The position numbers and the translations under genes are program-made. Positions 8,927 to 18,235 of a DNA stretch of 64,000 nucleotides are shown here, piece after piece. The notes under the pieces were generated by a model that searched no databases, had not been told where the DNA came from, and saw only the letters and a list, made by a program, of their open reading frames with translations. The stretch spans positions 928,001 through 992,000 of the forward strand of contig CAVSIV010000006.1 in the NCBI GenBank assembly GCA_963728205.1, read 5' to 3'. Numbering within the stretch: position 1 is the first letter of the stretch; each line of letters starts with the position of its first letter. This DNA is from an uncultured Chloroflexia bacterium (lineage in GTDB: Bacteria > Chloroflexota > Dehalococcoidia > UBA2979).

Positions 8927-10132
8927 GTGTCCTTCCCCCGCCGGGTGCGCGGCAGCGGGTCCGCATCCACGGCACCGTTCCGCATCGTCGCGCGCGCCCC
9001 CGGGCCGTCGTGGCCGCGTCGCGCGGGGCGGACGGTCGTCTTCGTGCTCGGCGTGCTGATCTTCCTGGCGGGGCTGCTCCTCGCGGTCCCGACACTGCTC
9101 CTGCTGATCGTGCTCCCGCTTGCGACGTTCGCAGGCGACGGGACGTCGCCGGGCGACTGGCTCTGGCTCGCCGGCCTCGGTCCGGGTGCGATCCTGCTGC
9201 TGTTCCTCGGGCTGCGGCTCGTGCGCGCCCGCCGGTACCTCGTCGTCTTCCTGCGCCGGTTCGGCTTCAACGACGCGTCGGCGGCGCTGACCTTCGCGGT
9301 GGGCGGCGCGCTGGGCCGGCGCTGGCGGCTGGTGACGCTCGACGACTCGCGGATCGAAGCGGTGGGCGTGGGCCGCGGCACGCGCCTCACGTGGGGCGCC
9401 GGGCAATGGCTGTCGCTGCTCGCGCTGGCGATCGTCGTCGCGCTCGTGCTGCGCTGGTGGTTCGGCGGCGGGCCGGAAGGCATCGTCGGCGGCATCTGGG
9501 ACGGCCTGTACACGGGCGCCGAGGAGAACGGCTCGAACCCGCTCGAGGCGGCGTTCGTCGCCTTCATCGGCACGCTGGTCGTCGGCCTCGTCGTGCTGTC
9601 GCTGATCGTGGGGCTGCTCGCGGCCGCGATCTCCGCGCTCGGCGTCGCGTCGCTCGCGTCGTGGCGGGCGAACCGAGCCGTGCACCGGGCCGAACGCGCG
9701 AAGGCGCTCAACGTCGACGACGCGTCCGCGGTGGCCGGCGCGGTGGACCGCGTGCTCGCGCGCTCGCGCGGCATCCAGGCCCCGCGGCTCGTGGTGCTCC
9801 GCGTCGCCGACGCCTGCTGGCGCGACGTCGTGCGCGCACTCGCCGAGGAAGCGGACGTCGCGATCGTCGACGTCTCGGACCCCACGGAGCACCTCGCGTG
9901 GGAGGTTGCGACGCTGCAGTCGCCGGGCGTGCGCGCGCGGCCGCTGATGATCGGCCGGCGCGATCGCGTCGAGGCGCTGGCGGCGGTCGAGGCGGCCGGC
10001 GGCGGCGCGGCGGCGCGTCTGCGGGAGCAGCTGCGGGGCGAGACGGTGCTGGTCTACGACGACATCCTCGAACGGGGGGCGCTGCGCCGGTTCGCGCGGG
10101 CGCTGGCCGGTGCGCTGGAGCGGACGCCGTAG
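8927..10132 (+). CDS. Membrane protein with putative TIR/NDT-like alpha/beta domain
   Basis: About 4 TM segments. VVFLRRF and WRDVVRALAEEADVAIVDVSDPTEHLAWEV motifs. GAGGAG RBS before GTG 8927. Domain call is inference. Confidence 0.55.
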   Translation: MSFPRRVRGSGSASTAPFRIVARAPGPSWPRRAGRTVVFVLGVLIFLAGLLLAVPTLLLLIVLPLATFAGDGTSPGDWLWLAGLGPGAILLLFLGLRLVRARRYLVVFLRRFGFNDASAALTFAVGGALGRRWRLVTLDDSRIEAVGVGRGTRLTWGAGQWLSLLALAIVVALVLRWWFGGGPEGIVGGIWDGLYTGAEENGSNPLEAAFVAFIGTLVVGLVVLSLIVGLLAAAISALGVASLASWRANRAVHRAERAKALNVDDASAVAGAVDRVLARSRGIQAPRLVVLRVADACWRDVVRALAEEADVAIVDVSDPTEHLAWEVATLQSPGVRARPLMIGRRDRVEALAAVEAAGGGAAARLREQLRGETVLVYDDILERGALRRFARALAGALERTP

Positions 10133-10349
10133 CGCGTGCCGCGCGAGCCCGTTCGACGGCCGCAGTACTCGGACTCCCTGCTCGGCGCGGCGCGGGCGCG
10201 CGACCAGCGTCGCCGGGCGCGAATGTCGTGACTCGCCCGCGCACCTCGGCCTCACGGCGCGGCAGGCCGGGTCGGCAACAGTCCCCGTCGGACCGGAGCG
10301 TCGCAACGGCGGGGGCGCGATTCCCCGCACCTGCATATGATCCGCCGCA

Positions 10350-11114
10350 GTGACGCGAAACCGACAGACGGCCGACGGCACGTTCTCAGGATGTCCGAGC
10401 TGGACCAGACGCAGGGACCCGCCGCGCCTCGCCAGCCGCTTCGTGCACTGCTGGCTGCTGAATCTCGACCTTGATGCCGCGCCGCTGCACGAGTCGTACG
10501 CGTTGCTGTCCTCGGACGAACAGCGTCGAGCGGAGTCGTTCCTGGTTCCACGTGACCTGGAGCGCTACATCGCGGGACGAGGATGGCTACGCCGCATGAT
10601 GGCCCGATACCTCGGGTGCTCAGCCAGCGACGTCGCGCTGCGGGTCGGTCCGCATGGCAAGCCGGAGCTCGCGGCGCCGGGACAGAGCCTCCAGTTCAAC
10701 GTGGCCCACTCGGGACCGCTACTCCTGGCGGCATTTGGCCGCGGCCCCGGCCTCGGAGTGGACATCGAACGCATGCCCGAAGCCTGGCCCCTGGAGGGAC
10801 TCGATGCCGGGGTGCTGTCCCCCGCCGAGATGCAGGTGCTCGCGCAGGCATCCCCCCGGGATCGACAGGATCAGTTCCTCGCGTACTGGGTCCGCAAGGA
10901 GGCTGTGCTGAAGGCGGAGGGCTCCGGGATGATGGTGTATCCGCCGAGCGCCGTATCCGTGGTGCCGGCAGGCGCGTCGCCATCGATCACGGTCCGCTGC
11001 GGCGATGCCCTGTACACGGTGGTCGACATCTCGATCGATGAGGAGTACCGGGGAGCGCTCGCGATTGCGTCTCCGGGGCGGGCACCGTGGGTGCGTTGCT
11101 ACCGGTTCGGCTAA
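10350..11114 (+). CDS. Sfp-type 4'-phosphopantetheinyl transferase
   Basis: GPHGKP, FNVAHSG, LGVDIE, WVRKEAVLKAEG. Convergent with the NRPS. Confidence 0.93.
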   Translation: MTRNRQTADGTFSGCPSWTRRRDPPRLASRFVHCWLLNLDLDAAPLHESYALLSSDEQRRAESFLVPRDLERYIAGRGWLRRMMARYLGCSASDVALRVGPHGKPELAAPGQSLQFNVAHSGPLLLAAFGRGPGLGVDIERMPEAWPLEGLDAGVLSPAEMQVLAQASPRDRQDQFLAYWVRKEAVLKAEGSGMMVYPPSAVSVVPAGASPSITVRCGDALYTVVDISIDEEYRGALAIASPGRAPWVRCYRFG

Positions 11115-14100
11115 ACGCGCCGCGCCGCAGCGCCCGGCAGCGGGCCGGAGCGGCCCTCCAGCACCTCGTCGATGCAGCGTCGAAGCTCCGCGGCGAGCAT
11201 GCGCACGTTCGGCTCGGTGAGCATGTTCGCGTGCGACGCAGGGATGCGCCTGACATCGAGCCCGTCCGTCGCGAAGTCCTGCCATCGCATGCGGGGATCG
11301 CCGTCCAACCCACCATCGCCGTAGTCTTCGTCGCCCCAGAAGAGCGTGACCCGACCCCGGAACGGGCCCGGGCGGTAGGTCGCGACGGCCTGCAAGGAGA
11401 GGCTGCCGGCCGCGGCCGGCCGCGCCCTCGGCGACTGTGGCCGCAGTCGTGACCGCCAGTACCGAACACGCTTTGCGACGTAGTCGACCTTGCCCGTGAA
11501 GCTGCGCCTCCTCAGGGCGACGACGTGTCGTCGCAGCGTCGGTCTGAATCCGCGCAGCGCCGCCGGGCAATTCGTGTCGAGGAGCGCCACGAGGCCGAGT
11601 TGCCTCCCAGTGGCTTGGAGCACGCGAGCGACCTCGAAGGCGACTACGCCGCCCGTCGAGTGACCCACGACGAAACAGGGGCCGGCGGGCTGGAACCTAC
11701 AGATTTCCTCGGCTGCCTCGCGGGCCATCTCCGGGATGCCGGCGTCCCGCGCATCGCCCGGTCGCGGCGCTCGGTGAAGGAGCAGGTAGGACGGCTGATC
11801 CGGACCGAGGTGCCGTGCCAGGTGGCGGTAATTCAGGCCGTACCGGTCGGCGGAGTGCATGAAGTAGATCGGCGGCCGCTCTCCGAATGGCTGCATCGCG
11901 ACGAGCCTCTGCTCCCGGCTGACGACGCCGGCCTCGATGACGCCGGCCAGCCGCTCGATCGTTCCGGCTTCGAACAGGGCGCTGATCGGAAGGCGCACGC
12001 CGAACGCCTGCTCGATCTCCCAGAACAGCCGCGCGGCCAGGAGCGAGTGCCCTCCCAGCGCAAAGAAGTCCGCGGTGACGCTGACGGAGTCGATCGAAAG
12101 CACCCTCTGCCAGATCTCGGCGAGACGCCGCTCGGCATCGGTCCGCGGCCCCACGCACTCCGTGCCGTCCGGGCGGGTCGTGTTCGACGCCGGCAGTGCC
12201 CCCCGGTCGACCTTGCCGTTCGGGCTCAGGGGCAGCGATGCGAGCCAGACGATACGCGCGGGGATCATGTACGCGGGAAGCCGTTGCGCGAGAAACCGCC
12301 GCAGCGTTTCCGTGGAGGGCCTCCGGTCGCCCCGCTCCGAGACGTACGCCACCAGCGAGCGGTTCCCGAGGCCATCCGCCTCGGCAACCACCGCGCAATC
12401 GCCGACGCCATCGCACTCCGCGAGCGTGGCCTCAATCTCGCCGGGCTCGACCCTGAATCCGCGCACTTTGACCTGATTATCGCGGCGGCCGACGAACTCG
12501 AGACTGCCGTCGGGAAGGAAGCGGACGATGTCGCCGGTACGGTACAGCACGCCGCCGCTCTCACCGGCGAATGGGTTCCGCACGAACCGCTCGGCGCTCA
12601 ACTCCGGGCGCGCCAGGTATCCGAGCGCAACGCCTTCACCGCCGATGTAGAGCTCCCCGCGAACGCCCGGCGGAACCGGCTGCATCCGAACGTCGAGCAC
12701 GTACACGGTGGTGCGCGAGATGGGCCGCCCGATGGGGATGGTGTGTGCGCCCGCCGGGACTTCCGTCACCTCATGCGAGGTGGCGAAGGTAGTGGTCTCC
12801 GTCGGGCCGTAGACGTGCAGCAACCTGGCGGGAGGACCTGCCCTCAGGACCTCGCGAACCGACCGCACGTCGGCGGACTCGCCGCCGAACAGCACAACCC
12901 GGAGCGTGCGAAAGGCATCGGGACGTGCGCTCGCAACCAGGTTGAACAGTGCCGTCGTCAGGAACATCACGGTCACGCCGTGTCTCACGACGTGCTCCGC
13001 AAGTGCGCTCGCGGACAGGATCGTGTCCTGAGACGGGATCACGACCATGGCTCCGTTCAGGAGCGCGCCCCAGATCTCGAATGTCGCTGCGTCGAACGAA
13101 GGATTGGAGACATGCGCAACTCGATCGGACTCGACGACCTGGCAGAAGTCGGCGTGGACGACGAGTCGTAGCACGCCACGTTGCGGAACCAGCACGCCTT
13201 TCGGCTTCCCGGTCGAACCAGACGTGTACATCACGTACGCGGGGTCGTCCGGGCTTCCCGCGGTCCCGGGGTTCGAAGCGGGTTGAGCGTCGATCGCCGC
13301 GTCGGCGTCGAGCCGCACGCAGGTTGCGGGTCGAGACGGCAACGACGCGCGGTGTGCGCTCGTGGTCAGCACGACCGACGGCGCTGCTTCATCGACGATG
13401 AACGCGAGGCGCTCGGCGGGATAGCCGGGGTCGAGCGGAACATATGCAGCTCCGAGCTTGATGACGGCCACGAGTGCAACGAGCATGTCGATGGACCGGT
13501 CCATGCACACCCCGACGGTGGACTGTCTCGAAACGCCCAGCGACCGGAGGTAGTGCGCGACCTGGTTCGCGCGCGCGTTCAGGGCGCCATATGTGAGCTC
13601 GCGCGCGCCATCCGACACCGCGATCCTCGCGGGGCCGGCGCTCACCTGCTGCTCGAAGCGCTGCGCCAGCGTCCCGGCGAGGGACGGCGCGGAGTCCGCG
13701 CCGCTCCAGTCGTCCAGGATCTGGCGCCGCTCGCTCGTGGAGAGGATCGGTGCATCCGCGACGGGCAGATCTGGGCCGGCGGCAACCGCGGCGAGCAGTG
13801 CAGCGTAGTGGGCCATCAGGCGCCGGATCGTCTCGGGATCGTACAGGTCCGCGTTGTACTCGAACTCGACGCGCGTGAGCGGGAACCCTTCGGCGGGCCG
13901 CGTAGCATCGCCGCCTGCTCGCCGCGGGGTGACGATGACGTTGATGTCGAACTTCGCGGAGTAGTTGTCCGGGTAGTCAAGCGCCACCTCGAGACCGTGC
14001 AGGTCGAGCCGCGGCAAGTGCGCGTCGTGGGAGCTGAACGCGACGTTGAATAGCGGATTGCGACTGAGGTCGCGATCGGGGTGAAGCTCGGCAACGAGCC

Positions 14101-16939
14101 TCTCGAACGGCAGATCCTGGTGCTCCGCTGCGTCGAGCACAGTTGCTCGGGCGCGGCGCAGCAGTTCTCGGAAGGTGGGGTTGCCGGCGCTGCTCGTACG
14201 GAGAACGACCGTGTTCACGAGCGGCCCGATCAGGCCCTGGACCTGCGGCCCCGTACGGTTCCCGAAGCCCGAGCCCAGCACGATGTCTTCGATCCCGCTG
14301 TATCGAGTCATGATCGCCACGAAGCCCGCGAGGAGCGCGGTGAACAGCGTGGCGTCCTCTTCGCGCGCGAGCGCGTGGAGCCTCGCCTCGAGCTCGACCG
14401 GCAGCTCGAGGATGAGTCGGGCGCCGGCGAACCCCTGGGTGGGCGGCCGCGGCCGGTCCGTCGGCACTTCCAGTACCGGAGGCTGTCCCGACAGCCGGTC
14501 CTTCCAGTGCTCGATCTCCTGCTCGAGGACGGCACCGCGCAAGCGATCGCGTTGCCAGGCGGCGAAGTCGACGAACTGCAGTTCGGGCTCCGGGAGCGGG
14601 GAAGGCTCACCACGGCATGACGCGTTGTACAGCGCCCGCAGCTCACCGAGTTCGACCGCCAGGGACCATCCGTCGTGGACGAGATGATGCTCGACTTGGA
14701 CGAGGATGTGATCGTCGGCGTGGAGCCGCAGCAGCTTCCAGCGAATCAGCGGCAGCTCCCATGGATTGAAGATCTGCTGGCATTCCTCGCGGACCAGCCG
14801 ATCAGCCTCGCTCTCCCGGTACGCCGACGGAACGTCGTCGATCGTCTCGACCGGGAGCGAAACGCGATCGGGGGCGTGCACGACCTGGACAGGGCGCCCG
14901 TCGGTCGCCGGGAACGTCGTCCGGTAGATCTCATGGCGCCGCACGAGCTCACCGAGCGCGTCCTCGAGCGCGTGCACGTTGAGCTTCCCGCGAAGCCTCA
15001 GCGTGAACTGGAAGTTGTACGCGAGGCTCCAGGGGCTCAGCTGGTGCAGATGCCAGATCGTCTCCTGGACGAAGGACGTCGGCAGCGCCTCATTCCGTGG
15101 GGCGCGTGGAATCGCGTGGTTCCGCACGCGCGGACCATCCGCCGCGCGTGCGTCGATCTCGCGCGCCAGCCTCGCGATCGTCGGCCGATCGAACACCGTG
15201 CGGACGGAGAGGTCCACGCCGAAGCGCTCCCGTACCTCACTGGCGAGTTGCGCGGCGAGCAGAGAGTGTCCGCCCAGGTCGAAGAAGCTCACATGGATGC
15301 CGGGATCGCGCACGTTGAGCAGGCGACACCAGAGGCGCGAGAGCGCGACCTCAGTCGGCGTTCCCGGTCGCAGATCGTCGGCCGGCGCCCGCCCCTGGGC
15401 CATCCCCGGAGGGGGCAGCGCGGCGAAGTCCACCTTTCCGCCTCCAGTACGGGGGAGCATCGGGACCGGGATGAGTTGCGAAGGCACGAGGTACGACGGA
15501 TGGGATGCTCGAAGGTCCCTCGTCACTGCCTCAGCATCGAAGGACGCGGGGTCCGCGACTACGTAGGCAACGAGGCTGCGATAGCCGGCGTCGGTTTCGA
15601 GCGATGTGACCGCCGCCCCCGCAAGGGATGGGTGACGCACGAGCGCTGCCTCAACCTCGCCGAGCTCGACGCGGAAACCCCGGATCTTCACCTGCCTGTC
15701 GAGACGCCCGAGAAACTCGAGCGCCCCGTCCGGACGCGTCCGCACGAGGTCCCCGGTGCGGTAGAGGCGAGGGCTGGCCCCCGCGGAGCCAAAGGGGTTC
15801 GCGATGAACCGCTGCGCCGTCAGCTCCGGTTGCCCGAGGTAGCCGAGCGCGAGCGTCGGCCCTCCCACCAGCAGCTCGCCCGGTCGCTCGTCGGCCACTG
15901 CGTTGCCGAACTCGTCCACAATGTGGACCACCACTCCCGGCAGCGGGAAGCCAATCGGAACCGGGGCCGCCAAGGGCTCCGGCCGGCACGACCAGCTGGT
16001 AACGTCGACGCAGGTCTCCGTCGGGCCGTAGCAGTTGATGAGCGCGGCCGAACTCGACTCGAAGAAGGCGGAGACGACATCCGAGGCAAGCGTGTCCCCG
16101 CCGCACACCACTCGCCTGAGGCTCGTGATTGCCCTCCAGGACGGGTCGGCGATCATGGAACGCAGCATCGCCGGCACCGTGTCCAGGACCGTCACTGCCC
16201 TCGCGGCGATCAGACTGTTCAGATAGGCCGCGTCCCGTTCCCCACCCGGCTCGGCGATGACGACGCGCGCACCGACCGTGAGTGGTCCGAAGACCTCGGC
16301 GATCGACGCGTCAAAGCTCGTCGAGTACTTGTGCAGCACACGGTCGTTGTCATCCAGGGGGTGTCGCTGTTGCGCCATGCGCAGATGCGCCACCACGGAG
16401 GACTGCGGAACCATCACACCCTTGGGCGCGCCCGTTGAGCCCGACGTGTAGATCACGTATGCCAGCGAATCGGGACGCGTGGGGGATCCGGGCGGCTCGT
16501 CCGTCTCGGCGGCGATCTGATCGCCGTGCTCGTCCAGGACGACGAGAGTCGTTGAGCGCGGCACGTCCGGACGCGCGGAGCCGGTCAGAACGAACGGGGC
16601 CGCCGTTTCGCGGACGATATGTGCGAGCCGGTCGGCGGGCTCGGATGGGTCGCAGGGCACGTACGCGCCCCCGGCCTTGAGGATCCCGAGGAGAGATACC
16701 ACCGACCCGATCGATCGTTCGACGGCGTGGACGATGCACGTGTCCGGCGCGACGCCCAGTCTCTGCAGATAGCGAGCCAGGCGATTCGCCCGAGTGTCGA
16801 GCTCGCGGTACGAAAGAGTGATGCCGGCCGACTCAACGGCGACGGCCTCGGGGGTGCGGGCTGCCTGCTCCGCCACCAGCTGATGAAGCGTCGGCATCTG
16901 GGCGACCCCGGCGTCGATGTGGGACGCGAACTCCCACAT
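11111..16939 (-). CDS. Two-module NRPS A-T-C-A-T-TE
   Basis: Two A domains (YTSGSTGxPKG, YGPTE, YRTGD), two T domains (FFxLGGHSLL), C domain EHHLVHDGWS, TE GHSTGG. Start 16939 or 16897. Confidence 0.95.
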   Translation of the reverse strand: MWEFASHIDAGVAQMPTLHQLVAEQAARTPEAVAVESAGITLSYRELDTRANRLARYLQRLGVAPDTCIVHAVERSIGSVVSLLGILKAGGAYVPCDPSEPADRLAHIVRETAAPFVLTGSARPDVPRSTTLVVLDEHGDQIAAETDEPPGSPTRPDSLAYVIYTSGSTGAPKGVMVPQSSVVAHLRMAQQRHPLDDNDRVLHKYSTSFDASIAEVFGPLTVGARVVIAEPGGERDAAYLNSLIAARAVTVLDTVPAMLRSMIADPSWRAITSLRRVVCGGDTLASDVVSAFFESSSAALINCYGPTETCVDVTSWSCRPEPLAAPVPIGFPLPGVVVHIVDEFGNAVADERPGELLVGGPTLALGYLGQPELTAQRFIANPFGSAGASPRLYRTGDLVRTRPDGALEFLGRLDRQVKIRGFRVELGEVEAALVRHPSLAGAAVTSLETDAGYRSLVAYVVADPASFDAEAVTRDLRASHPSYLVPSQLIPVPMLPRTGGGKVDFAALPPPGMAQGRAPADDLRPGTPTEVALSRLWCRLLNVRDPGIHVSFFDLGGHSLLAAQLASEVRERFGVDLSVRTVFDRPTIARLAREIDARAADGPRVRNHAIPRAPRNEALPTSFVQETIWHLHQLSPWSLAYNFQFTLRLRGKLNVHALEDALGELVRRHEIYRTTFPATDGRPVQVVHAPDRVSLPVETIDDVPSAYRESEADRLVREECQQIFNPWELPLIRWKLLRLHADDHILVQVEHHLVHDGWSLAVELGELRALYNASCRGEPSPLPEPELQFVDFAAWQRDRLRGAVLEQEIEHWKDRLSGQPPVLEVPTDRPRPPTQGFAGARLILELPVELEARLHALAREEDATLFTALLAGFVAIMTRYSGIEDIVLGSGFGNRTGPQVQGLIGPLVNTVVLRTSSAGNPTFRELLRRARATVLDAAEHQDLPFERLVAELHPDRDLSRNPLFNVAFSSHDAHLPRLDLHGLEVALDYPDNYSAKFDINVIVTPRRAGGDATRPAEGFPLTRVEFEYNADLYDPETIRRLMAHYAALLAAVAAGPDLPVADAPILSTSERRQILDDWSGADSAPSLAGTLAQRFEQQVSAGPARIAVSDGARELTYGALNARANQVAHYLRSLGVSRQSTVGVCMDRSIDMLVALVAVIKLGAAYVPLDPGYPAERLAFIVDEAAPSVVLTTSAHRASLPSRPATCVRLDADAAIDAQPASNPGTAGSPDDPAYVMYTSGSTGKPKGVLVPQRGVLRLVVHADFCQVVESDRVAHVSNPSFDAATFEIWGALLNGAMVVIPSQDTILSASALAEHVVRHGVTVMFLTTALFNLVASARPDAFRTLRVVLFGGESADVRSVREVLRAGPPARLLHVYGPTETTTFATSHEVTEVPAGAHTIPIGRPISRTTVYVLDVRMQPVPPGVRGELYIGGEGVALGYLARPELSAERFVRNPFAGESGGVLYRTGDIVRFLPDGSLEFVGRRDNQVKVRGFRVEPGEIEATLAECDGVGDCAVVAEADGLGNRSLVAYVSERGDRRPSTETLRRFLAQRLPAYMIPARIVWLASLPLSPNGKVDRGALPASNTTRPDGTECVGPRTDAERRLAEIWQRVLSIDSVSVTADFFALGGHSLLAARLFWEIEQAFGVRLPISALFEAGTIERLAGVIEAGVVSREQRLVAMQPFGERPPIYFMHSADRYGLNYRHLARHLGPDQPSYLLLHRAPRPGDARDAGIPEMAREAAEEICRFQPAGPCFVVGHSTGGVVAFEVARVLQATGRQLGLVALLDTNCPAALRGFRPTLRRHVVALRRRSFTGKVDYVAKRVRYWRSRLRPQSPRARPAAAGSLSLQAVATYRPGPFRGRVTLFWGDEDYGDGGLDGDPRMRWQDFATDGLDVRRIPASHANMLTEPNVRMLAAELRRCIDEVLEGRSGPLPGAAARRV

Positions 16940-17303
16940 GCTTGCGAACTCCCACCGCGGCAGACCGGTCCGGTGGCCTGCGGCGTGGCGTCGAGGATGC
17001 ACGCTGCTGCCACGGCGCACGCCGGCGGACGCCGCTCACCTTCATCGCGGTTCGCCTGGCGACCCTCGGGCGGGCGACCCAGCGCGATGTCTGCGCCACG
17101 AACCCGGTCACGACATCTTGCGCATCGCAACCGGCCACGGATGCCTGATCGGCTGTGCCGCCGCTGCGGCTCGCGGTCGGCATCGTGGCGCGAACCTAGG
17201 TCCGTCGCGGTTAATCGACGGTTACGGGGTAGGCGTCCCTACAGCGCCGGGACCCATCACGCCGTGCGACCTGCCTGCGTCGGTGCGGCCAGGCGGCGCG
17301 CAG

Positions 17304-17351
17304 TCTCCCTGCACCCTCGGGCCCCCAGGCGACCCCGAGGGTGCAGGGAGA
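17304..17351. repeat. Perfect 18-bp inverted repeat; possible terminator or island boundary
   Basis: TCTCCCTGCACCCTCGGG-12 nt-CCCGAGGGTGCAGGGAGA. Confidence 0.75.
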
Positions 17352-17440
17352 GCGCACTCGCTCGCGAAGACTCATTTCGTCCGACCGAAGAGCCTCGCGG
17401 CAGCGGCCGCACGTTCGTCAAGCCGCGGCCGCGGCGCGCC

Positions 17441-17797
17441 CTACCCGCGAATGAGCTTGAGCAGCGTCCGGGACGCGATCGTGGCGGCCGCGGACGCGAA
17501 GCTGATGCCGGCGAGCGTGATCGCCGTCTGGTCGTACACCGGGTGCACGCGCACGCCGTCCGGCGAGACCTCGACGACCGCCACGCCGCGCGCCTTGCCG
17601 CCCGCGCCGCCCCCGCCGCCGGAGCCGGCGCCCTCGTCGTCGCCGCCGCCGCCCCAGCCGAGGCCGACCCCGTAGGCGACCTCGGCCACGGGGATCACGG
17701 TGCGGTCGCCACTGGAGACCGGCTGGCCGAAGCAGTGCCCGGCACTGGTCCGCTCCGGGACCTGGGCGAGCTCTTTCATGGCCTCGGCGGCGTCCAT
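17441..17797 (-). CDS. GerW/YtfJ-like family protein
   Basis: FGQPVSSGDRTVIPVAEVAYGVGLGWGGG...GGGGGAGG...VAVVEV pattern. Confidence 0.8.
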   Translation of the reverse strand: MDAAEAMKELAQVPERTSAGHCFGQPVSSGDRTVIPVAEVAYGVGLGWGGGGDDEGAGSGGGGGAGGKARGVAVVEVSPDGVRVHPVYDQTAITLAGISFASAAATIASRTLLKLIRG

Positions 17798-17850
17798 CCG
17801 GGGTCTCCGTTCCTGCGAGCGAGCGTCCGCGAGCGGCGGCTCGCCGTCGT

Positions 17851-18198
17851 TCATGCGGACTCCAGCGTAGCGCGCCGCGACGACCGCCGCCGACCGAGCC
17901 ACCACCCGACCGCGAGCGACGCGCCCCAGAGCGCGAGCGTCCGCCGCACGGCCCGCGTCCGCGGATCCGGCACGCGCGGGATCGCGACCTCGTACCGCCG
18001 CCCCGCCTCCGTCACCTCGACGGCCACCGGCCGCACCCGGCCCAGCGTCAGCGCGAAGCCGGTGCCGCGCCCCGCGCCGACGCGCAGGCGACGGTGCTCG
18101 ACGCGCCCGCGCAGCGCGCGGTCACCGAACTGGCCGAGGTCGACGTGCTCGACCTCGGTCGTCAGCAGCGCACCCAGGCCACCGGGCATCGCGGGCAT
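17851..18198 (-). CDS. Hypothetical protein with C-terminal TM segment
   Basis: Fills the gap in a co-oriented operon. RPVAVEV motif and hydrophobic tail. Confidence 0.6.
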   Translation of the reverse strand: MPAMPGGLGALLTTEVEHVDLGQFGDRALRGRVEHRRLRVGAGRGTGFALTLGRVRPVAVEVTEAGRRYEVAIPRVPDPRTRAVRRTLALWGASLAVGWWLGRRRSSRRATLESA

Positions 18199-18235
18199 CA
18201 GCGGGCGGCCGCGGGGGCCGGCGCCGCCGCGCGCA

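Noticed and set aside
1-17000. Halogenase as a tailoring enzyme of the NRPS
   Set aside because: About 10 kb apart, separated by unrelated genes, with different apparent composition. The predicted substrates are not aromatic.
17441-17797. Sporulation function for the GerW/YtfJ-like gene
   Set aside because: The family is widespread in non-sporulating taxa and there is no sporulation context here.
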